DNA from: Alphaproteobacteria bacterium
GTDB taxonomy: Bacteria; Pseudomonadota; Alphaproteobacteria; G963923945
Reading direction: 5' to 3'
Assembly: GCA_963923945.1 (NCBI GenBank)
Contig: OZ000551.1
Span: 335,671-399,670 of the forward strand
DNA length: 64,000 nucleotides
The translations under genes and the position numbers were made by a program. Below the pieces are notes generated by a model. The model was not told the origin of the DNA and did no database searches. It saw nothing but the letters and a program-made list of their open reading frames with translations. Shown here one piece after another: positions 19,786 to 29,994 of this stretch. The first letter of the stretch is position 1. Each line of letters starts with the position of its first letter.

Positions 19786-20349
19786 TCAATGATTAGTCTG
19801 CCGCCACTTGATTGAACATCCAATGCTGGAAATTTGTTCCCGGGGTCCTTGCCCGGTTTGTGCAATCATCAGCATCGCCTCACGTAATTCCCGTTTGGTT
19901 CCAGGAGGACAAGGTTCACGCCCAGCCGCGTCCAAGCGTCCACGATATTGGAGGCCCAAATCGGCATTGAATCCAAAAAAATCCGGCGTACATATGGCCG
20001 CATAGGCGCGAGCGACATCTTGACTTTCATCAATCAGATAGGGAAAACCAAACCGGTGATCAGCCGCAAAACGGCCCATATTCTCAAAAGAATCATCGGG
20101 GTAAGTCTCAACATCATTGGACATAATCGCCAACGCCTTGACCCCATGATCACGCAAAAAATCGACATCCTCAACAATGCGATCAATCGCCGTACGCACA
20201 TAAGGGCAATGATTACAGATGAACATCACCAAGGTTGCGCTTTCACCAACATGGTCAGCCAGCCGGTAAGTATTGCCGTCAACACCAGGCAGGGAAAAAT
20301 CAACCGCTTGCCAACCAAAATCACAAACCGGATTCATCTGTTCAGCCAT
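19786..20349 (-). CDS. thioredoxin-fold protein (redoxin/peroxiredoxin-like thiol-disulfide oxidoreductase)
   Basis: CxxC motif in a thioredoxin-fold context (LVMFICNHCPYV), 187 aa. Confidence 0.65.
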   Translation of the reverse strand: MAEQMNPVCDFGWQAVDFSLPGVDGNTYRLADHVGESATLVMFICNHCPYVRTAIDRIVEDVDFLRDHGVKALAIMSNDVETYPDDSFENMGRFAADHRFGFPYLIDESQDVARAYAAICTPDFFGFNADLGLQYRGRLDAAGREPCPPGTKRELREAMLMIAQTGQGPREQISSIGCSIKWRQTNH

Positions 20350-20778
20350 TGTTTTTCTCTTGTTTTATTAAGAAACAATCAAACAATAAAAAAATAATCA
20401 GCCCGCTACATGCCGTTTATTGGCCACAATCAGCCGCAAGACAGTTTATGGGTCGGTAGAGCCTCACATTTTCAGCTTGGATTTCTCAGCTTGGATTTCT
20501 AATTGGCGTTCCAAATGGCAAGAAATTTGCTTAAAAAATCTATGCGTAAATATGCTTAAAAAATAAACCCATTTTTATAAACTGACTTTCTTATCAATCT
20601 TTATGAACCGATCCCTTTCATGTGCCAACCCTTTTATGGCTGTTTTATTCACGTGCCAACCTTTTTATGACTGTTTTTTATCGGCTATTTTTTATTGAGT
20701 ATAGAGTATCTTGACTCCGCATACAGCTCATAGCGTCATTGGATCATACCGTCTTTAGATTTTGGCAAGAGGCAGATT

Positions 20779-21462
20779 GTGATTAACTGCGAAAAAATGC
20801 TTCAGTATCGGCATTGCGTCCCCGCCGGTTTAGATGCGCAATCGCCGGTTGATCGGCGACTCCAAACCCGAAAGGGGCGGCGGCGGATTGGAGCGGTGGG
20901 GCTTTTGGTTGCCATCGCTCCTTTATGGAATGGTGGCTGCACACCGGTACAGGCGGTTATCCCGATTGCTGATACCGCCAATTACTTGGCTGAAGAACAA
21001 TTTATAACCGATAAATGGATATCCCAATGGTATGGCAAACAGTGCTCCTTGGCCAATTTTCTTGAAGATCGTGTCATGTGCCGTGACGCCCCACCGGACA
21101 AAATTGTCGCGCCGATTTATTGTTACAGCACCTTAGGGAAACCAGAATGCTTTGAATCTCCGGACCCATTCGACCCCAGACGGCCCCTGCTGGGTGGTTT
21201 GCCCCAACAGAGGCGACAAGCCGAACGCTATCAACAATATCTCAATACCGGGACACGTTGGCCTCTAAAACCGATTGGCCAAGCCGAAACAGCGTTACCA
21301 GCCGCCAAAAGTAACCCCATCAACAACGACACCATGCAAAACAACAATCCCAGAACCAACAACCGCGTCCCTGTTTTGAAAAATGATCTTCCGGATAATA
21401 CCATCGAGTCAGATTCAGTACCCGCCAGCCAGCCCGCTAAACGACCTCAGAACGACTCATAA
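20779..21462 (+). CDS. hypothetical secreted/lipoprotein with Cys-containing core and N/P/Q-rich C-terminal tail
   Basis: Basic n-region plus hydrophobic stretch ending GGC (RRRIGAVGLLVAIAPLWNGGCTP). Four Cys in the mature part. The low-complexity C-terminus lowers coding confidence. Confidence 0.4.
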   Translation: MINCEKMLQYRHCVPAGLDAQSPVDRRLQTRKGRRRIGAVGLLVAIAPLWNGGCTPVQAVIPIADTANYLAEEQFITDKWISQWYGKQCSLANFLEDRVMCRDAPPDKIVAPIYCYSTLGKPECFESPDPFDPRRPLLGGLPQQRRQAERYQQYLNTGTRWPLKPIGQAETALPAAKSNPINNDTMQNNNPRTNNRVPVLKNDLPDNTIESDSVPASQPAKRPQNDS

Positions 21463-21711
21463 TCTCGGTCTTTCCGCCCTTTTCCACCTATTCTTGCCAT
21501 TTTTTGCTCATATATTGAGCCAGAATAATCTCATCTGTGGAGCGGGAATAATGATGAGTCATTATCATTATTGAGATCAATCCCGATTTGCTGTTTTATT
21601 CTGCCATACTCTGTTCCTTTATTATTGCGATAACAGAAGATGGATCTCATGCGATCAGATGATCTGTTGGATGGGTAACGTTGAGAAAAGCGAGAGAGAG
21701 GCGCATGAATA

Positions 21712-21909
21712 ATGACCAAAAATGATCTCCGCGGCGTTGATTTGTCGAAAATCGCCGATGAAGACTTGACTCCCGAGCAAAAAGAAGAGTTAGCCCGCCG
21801 CTTTAAACGGTTTTTTCGAGTCTTGGATCAAAGCCGTCGCGAACAAGAAAAACGCAAAAAAAACCGCCACAAAAACCCACGTAAATGGATTCCTGGCCAG
21901 GATACATAA
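21712..21909 (+). CDS. small highly basic hypothetical protein (65 aa)
   Basis: ORF only. GAGG-like sequence upstream. Lys/Arg-rich C-terminus. Confidence 0.25.
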   Translation: MTKNDLRGVDLSKIADEDLTPEQKEELARRFKRFFRVLDQSRREQEKRKKNRHKNPRKWIPGQDT

Positions 21910-22057
21910 ACGATCAAGCAAAAGCAGTCCCCAAGATGGTTAATAGGACGGCCTCGCACTGCCCCAGCGCTTTTTGAAATGTTGGGGATACCGATAAATC
22001 CGGAGAGACTGCGGCGTTCATCTTTAATAAAACATCTCTCAATATTATTCTTATTAT

Positions 22058-22420
22058 CTATTCTTCGAGTGGATGCATATAGCTGGAATAACCCCTCTGG
22101 CCTTCTTTTGACGCCAGACGCTGCCGACCCATAACCCCGTTAAAGATATAATCGCGCCACCCTGAATCCCATTCAATAACCAGGCTGCCGCCTTCTGCCT
22201 CATGCCATTGCCCTTTCCAGCCTTCGGCATAATCGGTCATCGCTGTGCCGTCGGGATAGACATCAATCCGGTAGCTTCCGCCCCAAGAATCGGCGGTCTC
22301 CCAAGACCCTTCCCAACCGGCAAAGGCCGGAAAAGACAACCAAACAGCCAGCCCAAACGTGAAAAGACAAGACAAAACAAGGCCAGGCGGAGGTAAAAAT
22401 CTCTGTGAAAAAATGGTCAT
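22058..22420 (-). CDS. hypothetical small secreted Trp/Gly-rich protein
   Basis: Internal Met start gives signal peptide (LVLSCLFTFGLAVWLSFPAFA). Repeated W-x-G-x-W motifs (GWEGSWETADSWGGSY, GWKGQWHEAEGG, EWDSGWRDY). Confidence 0.4.
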   Translation of the reverse strand: MTIFSQRFLPPPGLVLSCLFTFGLAVWLSFPAFAGWEGSWETADSWGGSYRIDVYPDGTAMTDYAEGWKGQWHEAEGGSLVIEWDSGWRDYIFNGVMGRQRLASKEGQRGYSSYMHPLEE

Positions 22421-22614
22421 CAGATTGGATTCTTTCTTACTGAAGTCATTTTGTTGATCATCAATATCATTCATTAAAATCATGGTCAGATTAAGATCAT
22501 CACGGCATTGGATAGCATCATTCAAGGGTTGTCTTATAGCATCATCAGACAGAATGATCATGGGTTCTCACACGGCGCCGACAAAACCGCCCGATCATGG
22601 GATGATCAAACCCA

Positions 22615-25041
22615 TCACACCCTCCGTAAGGTCCCCCCGGTTGCATCGGCGACCGCCGCTTCGATAGACGCTGCGACATCATCAATCATGGCATCGGTGA
22701 GTGTCCCTTTACGGGGTTGCAAACGCACTGATAGGGCGACTGATTTTTTGCCTTTCGGGACTCCTTGATCGGTATAAATATCGAAAATTTCTACCCTGTC
22801 GACCAGATTTTTGCCGCCTTTACGGGCCGCAACCACCACATCGGCGGCTGGTGTTGCCTCATCCACCAAAAAAGCAAAATCACGCATGACCGGCTGATAC
22901 GCAGACACATGAAGAGCCGGACGGGATGGTTTTTTCTTTGCTATCGGGACAGCATCAATAAAAATTTCAAACGCCGCGGGCGACCCAGCCAAATCAAATG
23001 CTTTGGCAACCAAAGGATGGACAACACCAAATTGGGCCAAAATATTTCTCGGACCCCAACACAAACATCCCGATTGTCCAGGATGAAACCAATCCGGCCC
23101 TGGGGCTTGGGTTTTTAGCGTGTCAATCGTCACCCCGAGAGCTTTGAGCACCGCCAAAACATCGGCTTTAACATCAAACGCATTGACCGGACGGGCCGGA
23201 CCCGACCAATGCCGAGTGACCGCATCGCCAACCCGCAGACCGGATACCATTTTATGTTGTTGTCCCGGTTGACCACCGGTGAAAGCCGGCCCAATTTCAA
23301 ACAAGCCAAAATCAACCTGACCCCGCGCCAAGTTACGGGAGGCAGCAGCAATCAAAGAAGCCAGAGGAGTCGGGCGCAGCTGGTCAAGATTTTGGCTGAT
23401 CGGATTGAGAAGACGCAAATCCTCACCGCCACCACCAAACAGCTGGGCATGATCACAATCCATGAAAGACCAGTTGACCGTCTCCATCAAACCCCGTACC
23501 GCCAAAGCGCGGGCAACCCGGCCCAAGCGACCATAAGCCGGATCACCGGCCGGGCCAGGCAACCGGCCATCATGATTCATCGCTACCGCCGGAATGGCAT
23601 CAAAACCATGCACCCGCAAAATCTCCTCAACCAAATCGGCCTCACCGGCGATATCACCGCGCCAACTGGGTGGCGTCACCCGCCATATTGGTTCTTGATC
23701 ACTCTGGTTGTTTGAGGAGTCCAGATCACGGCTGGCAATTTCACAACCCAATGACTCGAGAATGGATCGGCATCGGGTTGCTGGCAGATCAATCCCGCCC
23801 AGAGCGGCCACCTTACCCGGACGCCAAGCAATCTCGCGGCGCCAATCGGGGGCCGATCCGGCCCTATAAGGTTTGCTGGCTTCACCGCCGCATAAATCGA
23901 TCATCATCGCTGTTGCGGCATCCATTCCTTGGCCCACGCTGGCCGGGTCAACGCCGCGCTCAAACCGGTAGCGGGCGCTTGTTTCAAGATGCAAAAGACG
24001 CCCTGTTGTCGCCGTACGGGTGGGATCAAAGCTGGCGCATTCCAGGATGACATCAGTGGTTGTCAATTCACAGCAACTGCTCTGGCCGCCGATGACACCG
24101 CCCAAACTCAGGATACCGTTTTCATCGGCAATCACGGTCATCCCGGCGGCTAATCGATATTCATGCCCATCCAGAGCGGCCAAGGTTTCCCCATCAAGAG
24201 ACGCCCGCACAGTCAAATCACCGGCAATCTTGGCGGCATCAAAAACATGCAGCGGCCGGGCCTGATCAATGGTCAGATAATTGGTCACATCAACCAAAGC
24301 CGAAATCGGTCGCAACCCGGCCGCCAACAGCCGTTCCTGAAGCCAAGCCGGGCTGGGACCATTTTTGACCCCGCGAATGAGCCGAATCTGAAATTCAGGA
24401 CAGGCCCGCCGATCATCAAGCTCCAGCCGAACCGCAACCGGGCAAGCAAATCCGGGCCGGGCTTGAGATACGGCAAGCGGCTTCAGTTCACCAAGACCGG
24501 CTGCGGCAAGATCACGGGCAATACCACGCACACCGGTGCAATCGGGTCGATTGGGGGTCAAAGCAATCTCAATAATCGGCCCGGCCCGGCCAAGCAGAGC
24601 TTGAGCAGCCGCCATACCCGGCTTGGAATCCCCATCAAGCTCAATAATGCCGTCATGATCATCCCCCAGGGCCAGTTCACGGGCTGAACACAGCATGCCT
24701 TGGCTTTCGACACCCCGGATGACACTGGCTTTGAGAATATGGCCATCGGCTGGAATCATGCTCCCCGGGGCGGCAAAGATACTCTTTAGTCCAACCCTTA
24801 CATTGGGAGCACCACACACCACCGCGACCAGCCCGGCCCCGGCCTCAACCGAACAAATACGCAAACGATCGGCATTGGGATGCGGCTCAACCGCCTGAAT
24901 TTCCCCGACCACCAAATCTTTCAGATTCGGCTCTTCAACCTTTTCAACCTCAAGACCAAGAGCGGTGAGGGTGGCGGTGATCTCAGCCAAACTGGCACCG
25001 GTTTCCAGATGATCCTTCAGCCAATCAAGGGAAAATCTCAC
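22615..25041 (-). CDS. pheT: phenylalanine--tRNA ligase beta subunit
   Basis: 808 aa. Conserved PheT N-terminus (MRFSLDWLKDHLE) and tRNA-binding domain. Overlaps pheS by 4 bp. Confidence 0.95.
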   Translation of the reverse strand: MRFSLDWLKDHLETGASLAEITATLTALGLEVEKVEEPNLKDLVVGEIQAVEPHPNADRLRICSVEAGAGLVAVVCGAPNVRVGLKSIFAAPGSMIPADGHILKASVIRGVESQGMLCSARELALGDDHDGIIELDGDSKPGMAAAQALLGRAGPIIEIALTPNRPDCTGVRGIARDLAAAGLGELKPLAVSQARPGFACPVAVRLELDDRRACPEFQIRLIRGVKNGPSPAWLQERLLAAGLRPISALVDVTNYLTIDQARPLHVFDAAKIAGDLTVRASLDGETLAALDGHEYRLAAGMTVIADENGILSLGGVIGGQSSCCELTTTDVILECASFDPTRTATTGRLLHLETSARYRFERGVDPASVGQGMDAATAMMIDLCGGEASKPYRAGSAPDWRREIAWRPGKVAALGGIDLPATRCRSILESLGCEIASRDLDSSNNQSDQEPIWRVTPPSWRGDIAGEADLVEEILRVHGFDAIPAVAMNHDGRLPGPAGDPAYGRLGRVARALAVRGLMETVNWSFMDCDHAQLFGGGGEDLRLLNPISQNLDQLRPTPLASLIAAASRNLARGQVDFGLFEIGPAFTGGQPGQQHKMVSGLRVGDAVTRHWSGPARPVNAFDVKADVLAVLKALGVTIDTLKTQAPGPDWFHPGQSGCLCWGPRNILAQFGVVHPLVAKAFDLAGSPAAFEIFIDAVPIAKKKPSRPALHVSAYQPVMRDFAFLVDEATPAADVVVAARKGGKNLVDRVEIFDIYTDQGVPKGKKSVALSVRLQPRKGTLTDAMIDDVAASIEAAVADATGGTLRRV

Positions 25042-26129
25042 GGTGATAAGCCCCCGATCATCGATGGGGTATCCAGCGGCGAAAATCCGTAATGGGCCAG
25101 CCAGCGCAGATCAGAATCAAAGAATGTCCGCAGATCAGCGATGCCGTATTTCAACATGGCGATCCGCTCAACCCCCAAACCAAAGGCAAAGCCTTGCCAG
25201 CGTTCCGGATCAATGCCGCAGGCGGTCAAGACATGGGGATGCACCATGCCGCACCCCATAATTTCTAACCAGTCCCCACCATCACCGATGGTCAAAACCC
25301 CCTCAGCACGGCTGCAGCCAATATCAACCTCAGCCGAAGGTTCGGTAAAGGGAAAAAAACTCGGCCGGAAGCGCAAAGGCAAATCATCAATCTCAAAAAA
25401 AGCCCGGCAAAATGCCGCAACACAGCCTTTGAGATGCCCCATATGTATTGATTCTTCAATAACCAGAGCCTCAATCTGATGAAACATCGGTGTATGGGTT
25501 ATATCCGAATCACTCCGATAGACCCGGCCTGGTGCGATTACCCGCAACGGCGGCGGGGTTTCTTGTAAAGTCCGAATCTGGACCGGTGAAGTATGGGTGC
25601 GCAAAACCGGCCGCTGGCCATCCGCACCAACCGGTAAATAAAAGGTATCATGCATCTGGCGGGCCGGATGATCAGCCGGAATATTGAGGGCGGTAAAATT
25701 ATGAAAATCATCCTCAATATCCGGACCCTCAACCACCTTGAAATGCATCTCACCCAAAATCGCCACCGCCTCATCAATGGTCTGGGTAATCGGATGGAGA
25801 CGGCCAATCTCAAATGCCTGGCGGGGCGGCATCAAAGAAGGATCAATCGATTCGGCGGCCAAGCGGCTATTGAGGTCACGGTACTCAATCGCGGCCTTGC
25901 GAGTCTGCAACTCTTGAGCAATATCTTCTTTGAGGATATTGAGTGCAGCCCCCCGTTCCCGGCGGGCTGCCGCATCCAAAGAACCGATGCCGCGCATGAG
26001 GGCCGACACTTCGCCTTTCTTACCCAAAATCTCAACCCGCACCGCCTCAATATCAGCCACGGTTTGGGCAGCATGAATGCGATCAAGAAGAGCGCGTTTT
26101 AAGGTGTCAAAATCAGTCATGAGTCGCAA
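25038..26129 (-). CDS. pheS: phenylalanine--tRNA ligase alpha subunit
   Basis: Class II aaRS motifs (RTHTSPVQIR, FRPSFFPFTEPSAEVD, GFAFGLGVERIAMLKYGI). Confidence 0.95.
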   Translation of the reverse strand: MRLMTDFDTLKRALLDRIHAAQTVADIEAVRVEILGKKGEVSALMRGIGSLDAAARRERGAALNILKEDIAQELQTRKAAIEYRDLNSRLAAESIDPSLMPPRQAFEIGRLHPITQTIDEAVAILGEMHFKVVEGPDIEDDFHNFTALNIPADHPARQMHDTFYLPVGADGQRPVLRTHTSPVQIRTLQETPPPLRVIAPGRVYRSDSDITHTPMFHQIEALVIEESIHMGHLKGCVAAFCRAFFEIDDLPLRFRPSFFPFTEPSAEVDIGCSRAEGVLTIGDGGDWLEIMGCGMVHPHVLTACGIDPERWQGFAFGLGVERIAMLKYGIADLRTFFDSDLRWLAHYGFSPLDTPSMIGGLSP

Positions 26130-26306
26130 CCGAGAAAGGATCAGCAGCGCAGAAAATCAGCAATGTGAAAGGGTCAGCAACGCAAATGCGGAACCGAAGA
26201 ATGGCTGTTCAAGGATTCGGGGACTGAATGAAGGAAATCCTCTCAAAAATCAACCATAGTGAACCAGCCTCTATCCTATAAAAGGGCCACCCAAACAACA
26301 ACCGGG

Positions 26307-26663
26307 TCAGTCGAGAGCTTTTTGAACCTCGGCGGCCAACACCGCGAAAGTTTCCGGTTCTCGAGCCGCCATATCAGCCAAAATTTTGCGATCAAGATCA
26401 ATACCCGCCCGTTTGACGCCGTTCATAAATTGGCAATAGGTCAGGCCATGCTGACGGGCCCCAGCATTGATGCGCTGAATCCACAAACCGCGAAAAAAGC
26501 GTTTGCGGGTCCGGCGATCACGATAGGCATATTGCCCGGCCCGCTCAACCGCTTGGACCGCGGTGCGGAAGGTGTTCTTGCGCCGTCCACGATACCCCTT
26601 GGCCTGTTTGATGATTTTTTTATGTCGGGCATGGGATGTCACACCCCGCATGATACGTGCCAT
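26307..26663 (-). CDS. rplT: 50S ribosomal protein L20
   Basis: 118 aa. Conserved L20 sequence ([29 protein letters not shown] ... [21 protein letters not shown]). Confidence 0.95.
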   Translation of the reverse strand: MARIMRGVTSHARHKKIIKQAKGYRGRRKNTFRTAVQAVERAGQYAYRDRRTRKRFFRGLWIQRINAGARQHGLTYCQFMNGVKRAGIDLDRKILADMAAREPETFAVLAAEVQKALD

Positions 26664-26666
26664 AGC

Positions 26667-26864
26667 TCACCCATAAGGCATAAAGGATTTCACAATACGG
26701 GCATCACAATCTTTCAAAATCATCGATGCCCGGGCTCTACGTTTCATTTTTTGGGGTCGTTTGATCATGCCGTGGCGTTTGCCCGCCGGTTTGGCACGCA
26801 GCTGACCCGAAGCGGTCAGGCGGAAGCGTTTTTTGGCACCGCTTTTTGTTTTGAGTTTCGGCAT
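26667..26864 (-). CDS. rpmI: 50S ribosomal protein L35
   Basis: Internal Met start [20 protein letters not shown] gives a canonical 65 aa L35. Confidence 0.9.
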   Translation of the reverse strand: MPKLKTKSGAKKRFRLTASGQLRAKPAGKRHGMIKRPQKMKRRARASMILKDCDARIVKSFMPYG

Positions 26865-27049
26865 AATCCATCCTTTATTTTTTACCAATGCCACGTTTTT
26901 TTGCCAAACGGTCTTTTTTTCCAGGCGATCTTTTTGCCAGGCGGCCATACCATTGGTATCAGCAACAGCGTGCCGGTTTATAGTCCCGTGTCACGAGAAT
27001 TGCAAGTCTATCGGGGGGGGTGTTTTTCAATACATTTCAGCAAACCGCC

Positions 27050-29803
27050 CTATGATGCCGATTGGCGGTCATCACCGCGGCTTTCCATGCGGAACGCCGC
27101 ATCAATCAGCCTGCGGGTATAGGGGTTTTTGGGGGCATCAAAAATATGTGCGGTTGGTCCCCGTTCAATCACCTGCCCGGCCCGCATGACCAGGATATCA
27201 TCGGCCAAAGCCCTGACCACTTTGAGATCATGGCTGATAAACAGATAGGCCAGATCATATTTTTCCTGCAATTCCCGTAACAGATCAATGATTTGGGCCT
27301 GAACCGAAACATCAAGGGCGCTGGTTGGCTCATCAAGAACCAGAAATTGCGGCTTTAAGATCAAGGCCCGGGCAATCGCCACCCGTTGGCGTTGACCACC
27401 GGAAAATTCATGGGGATAGCGGTCGCCATCAGCCGGCGATAAACCCACCTCCTCCAGAGCCTGATCAATCAGAGCCTGACCGGCTTGCGCATCCGTAGCC
27501 AGTTGATGAACCGCCAACCCTTCGCCGATGATTTCCCTGATCGAGAGGCGCGGATTGAGGGAGGCAAAAGGATCCTGGAAAACGATTTGCATTTGTCGGC
27601 GCAACGGCCGCAACGCTTTTGACCGGATCTGATCAATCGGTTGGCCATCAAAAAAGATCGAGCCACGACCCAAGCCCAGCCGCAACAACGCCAAAGCCAG
27701 CGATGTCTTGCCGCAACCACTCTCCCCGACAACCCCCAAGCTGCGGCCCGGTCGCAAAGCAAAATCCACCCCATCAACCGCTTTGACATAACCGTGAACG
27801 CGGCGCAAAAAACCGCGCTTGATCGGATGCCAGACCTTGAGATCCCGGGCTTCCAGAAGCGGTGCAGCAGAGCCAACCGGACGCGGCGGATGGGGTTGCG
27901 GTTCGCTGGCCAAAAGATGCCGGGTATAGGGATGGTTCGGTTGCACCAACACCGTTTCACGTTGACCGTTTTCGACAATCAAACCATGGCGCATGACATA
28001 GACTCGTTGGGCCATCTTGCGAACCACCGCCAAATCATGGGTGATCAGCAATAGAGCCATGCCGAGACGGCTTTGTAAGGCTTTAAGCAAATCAAGAATC
28101 TGAGCCTGAATGGTCACATCAAGGGCTGTGGTTGGCTCATCAGCAATCAGGAGATCCGGCTCATTGGCCAGAGCCATGGCAATCATCACCCGCTGACGCT
28201 GGCCACCGGAAAGCTCATGGGGATAGCTCTTCAAAAAACGCTCCCCATCACCAAGGCCCACCATATCCAGCAATTCAAGAATTCTGTGCCGCAGGGCCTC
28301 ATCGGCCAATTCACGATGCAAAATAAGGGCCTCACCGATTTGTTTTTCCACATTATGCAGAGGATTCAGCGATGTCATCGGTTCTTGAAAAATCATGCTG
28401 ATATGATTGCCACGTATCGTGTTCATCTCACCGGTCGGTGTGCCGATAATTTCTTGTCCCTCAAAACGAATGCTGCCGGAAGGGTGGCGGGCCCGGGGAT
28501 AGGGCAACAACTGCATGATAGACAAGGCAGTAACCGATTTTCCCGAACCACTCTCACCAACCAGGGCAACGGTTTCACCGCACCGGATATCAAAGGAAAC
28601 ACCCCGGACCGCTTCAACCACCGCCCCACCCGGCGGGGCAAAAACAACCCGTAAATCATCGACCGCAATCAATGGTGACCCCCCGGATATGGAGTCTTCG
28701 CCCTTGGTCTCTTTGGCATTCTTTTTATCACTATCCGATGATGTTTCGGTTTCCTTCCCGGCCAGACCGGTTCGGCGCGGATCAAAGGCATCTCGGGCCG
28801 CTTCACCGATGAAAACCAACAGACTGAGCATGAAAGCCAGAACGCAAAAAGCGGTGATGCCCAGCCAGGGAGCCTGAAGATTGGCTTTTCCTTGGGCCAG
28901 CATCTCACCAAGCGAAGGAGAGCCTGGCGGCAACCCAAACCCCAAAAAATCCAACGCGGTCAAGGTGGTGATGGAACCGCTGAGAATAAAAGGTAAGAAT
29001 GTCAATGTGGCGACCATGGCATTGGGAAGCAGATGCCGCACAATGATCACCGGGGTGGCCACCCCCAAAGCCCGGGCGGCCCGCACATATTCAAAATTAC
29101 GGGCCCGCAAAAATTCAGCCCGGACCACCCCCTCCAAGGCCATCCAGCTGAACAGCAACATGATGACCAGCAAGCTCCAAAAACCCGGCTCAATAAAGCT
29201 GGCCAAAATGATCAAAAGAAACAGGACCGGCAATCCCGCCCAAATTTCGATAAAACGCTGAAATAAAAGATCGGTCAACCCACCGAAATAGCCTTGGAGG
29301 GCTCCAGCAGCAATCCCCAGAATCGAGCTTGAAAGCGTCAACAACAAACCAAAAAGAATCGAGATACGAAACCCATAAATCAGACGCGCCAGAACATCAC
29401 GTCCCTGGTCATCGGTACCCAGCCAGTTATCGGCACTTGGTGCCGATGGTGCAGGCGTTGCGAGATCATAATTGATGGTATCATAAGAAAAAGGAATGAG
29501 CGGCCACAGCATCCATCCTCGATCTTGGATCAAATCAACCACAACAGGATCACGGTAATCGGCCTCACTCTCAAACTCACCGCCAAATATGGTCTCCGGA
29601 TAACGTTCCATAATCGGCGCATAAAAAGCCCCATCATAATAAACCAAAATCGGTTTATCATTGGCGATCAGCTCGGCAAACAAACTGACGATGAAAAGGG
29701 TTGTAAAGATGATGAAGCTGCCATAGCCGCGTTTGATGGATTTGAAATTAAGCCAACGACGGCGATTGAGAGGCGATAGATAGCGGGTTGTTGACAGGAC
29801 CAC
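27050..29803 (-). CDS. yejEF: fused peptide ABC transporter: OppC/YejE-type permease domain + tandem double ATPase (YejF/OppDF-type)
   Basis: Single 917 aa ORF. N-terminal roughly 345 aa is polytopic with the ABC permease EAA-loop region (YVRAARALGVATPVIIVRHLLPN). An acidic/Ser-rich linker (ETETSSDSDKKNAKETKGEDS) follows. Then two complete ABC ATPase cassettes (Walker A GESGSGKS twice, signatures LSGGQRQRV twice, Walker B LLIADEPTTALD and LVLDEPTSALD). Confidence 0.8.
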   Translation of the reverse strand: MVLSTTRYLSPLNRRRWLNFKSIKRGYGSFIIFTTLFIVSLFAELIANDKPILVYYDGAFYAPIMERYPETIFGGEFESEADYRDPVVVDLIQDRGWMLWPLIPFSYDTINYDLATPAPSAPSADNWLGTDDQGRDVLARLIYGFRISILFGLLLTLSSSILGIAAGALQGYFGGLTDLLFQRFIEIWAGLPVLFLLIILASFIEPGFWSLLVIMLLFSWMALEGVVRAEFLRARNFEYVRAARALGVATPVIIVRHLLPNAMVATLTFLPFILSGSITTLTALDFLGFGLPPGSPSLGEMLAQGKANLQAPWLGITAFCVLAFMLSLLVFIGEAARDAFDPRRTGLAGKETETSSDSDKKNAKETKGEDSISGGSPLIAVDDLRVVFAPPGGAVVEAVRGVSFDIRCGETVALVGESGSGKSVTALSIMQLLPYPRARHPSGSIRFEGQEIIGTPTGEMNTIRGNHISMIFQEPMTSLNPLHNVEKQIGEALILHRELADEALRHRILELLDMVGLGDGERFLKSYPHELSGGQRQRVMIAMALANEPDLLIADEPTTALDVTIQAQILDLLKALQSRLGMALLLITHDLAVVRKMAQRVYVMRHGLIVENGQRETVLVQPNHPYTRHLLASEPQPHPPRPVGSAAPLLEARDLKVWHPIKRGFLRRVHGYVKAVDGVDFALRPGRSLGVVGESGCGKTSLALALLRLGLGRGSIFFDGQPIDQIRSKALRPLRRQMQIVFQDPFASLNPRLSIREIIGEGLAVHQLATDAQAGQALIDQALEEVGLSPADGDRYPHEFSGGQRQRVAIARALILKPQFLVLDEPTSALDVSVQAQIIDLLRELQEKYDLAYLFISHDLKVVRALADDILVMRAGQVIERGPTAHIFDAPKNPYTRRLIDAAFRMESRGDDRQSAS

Positions 29804-29994
29804 GACCTCACATTACGCGTCTTTGGTCTGAAAAACTTTGGCCTAAAAGACGCATAATAATAATGGAAAATTGATAACCGGGTATAGAATAAGGAGATAC
29901 GTTAATATGTCAAAAATATGTTAAAATTTGAATGGACCTTCCTGTAGATGAACAACCCGGTAGTATGGGAACGTCTCTTAACCTTAGTGAGCAC

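Noticed and set aside
26259-27122. 287-aa plus-strand ORF
   Set aside because: Antisense to the highly conserved rplT and rpmI genes. Classic shadow ORF.
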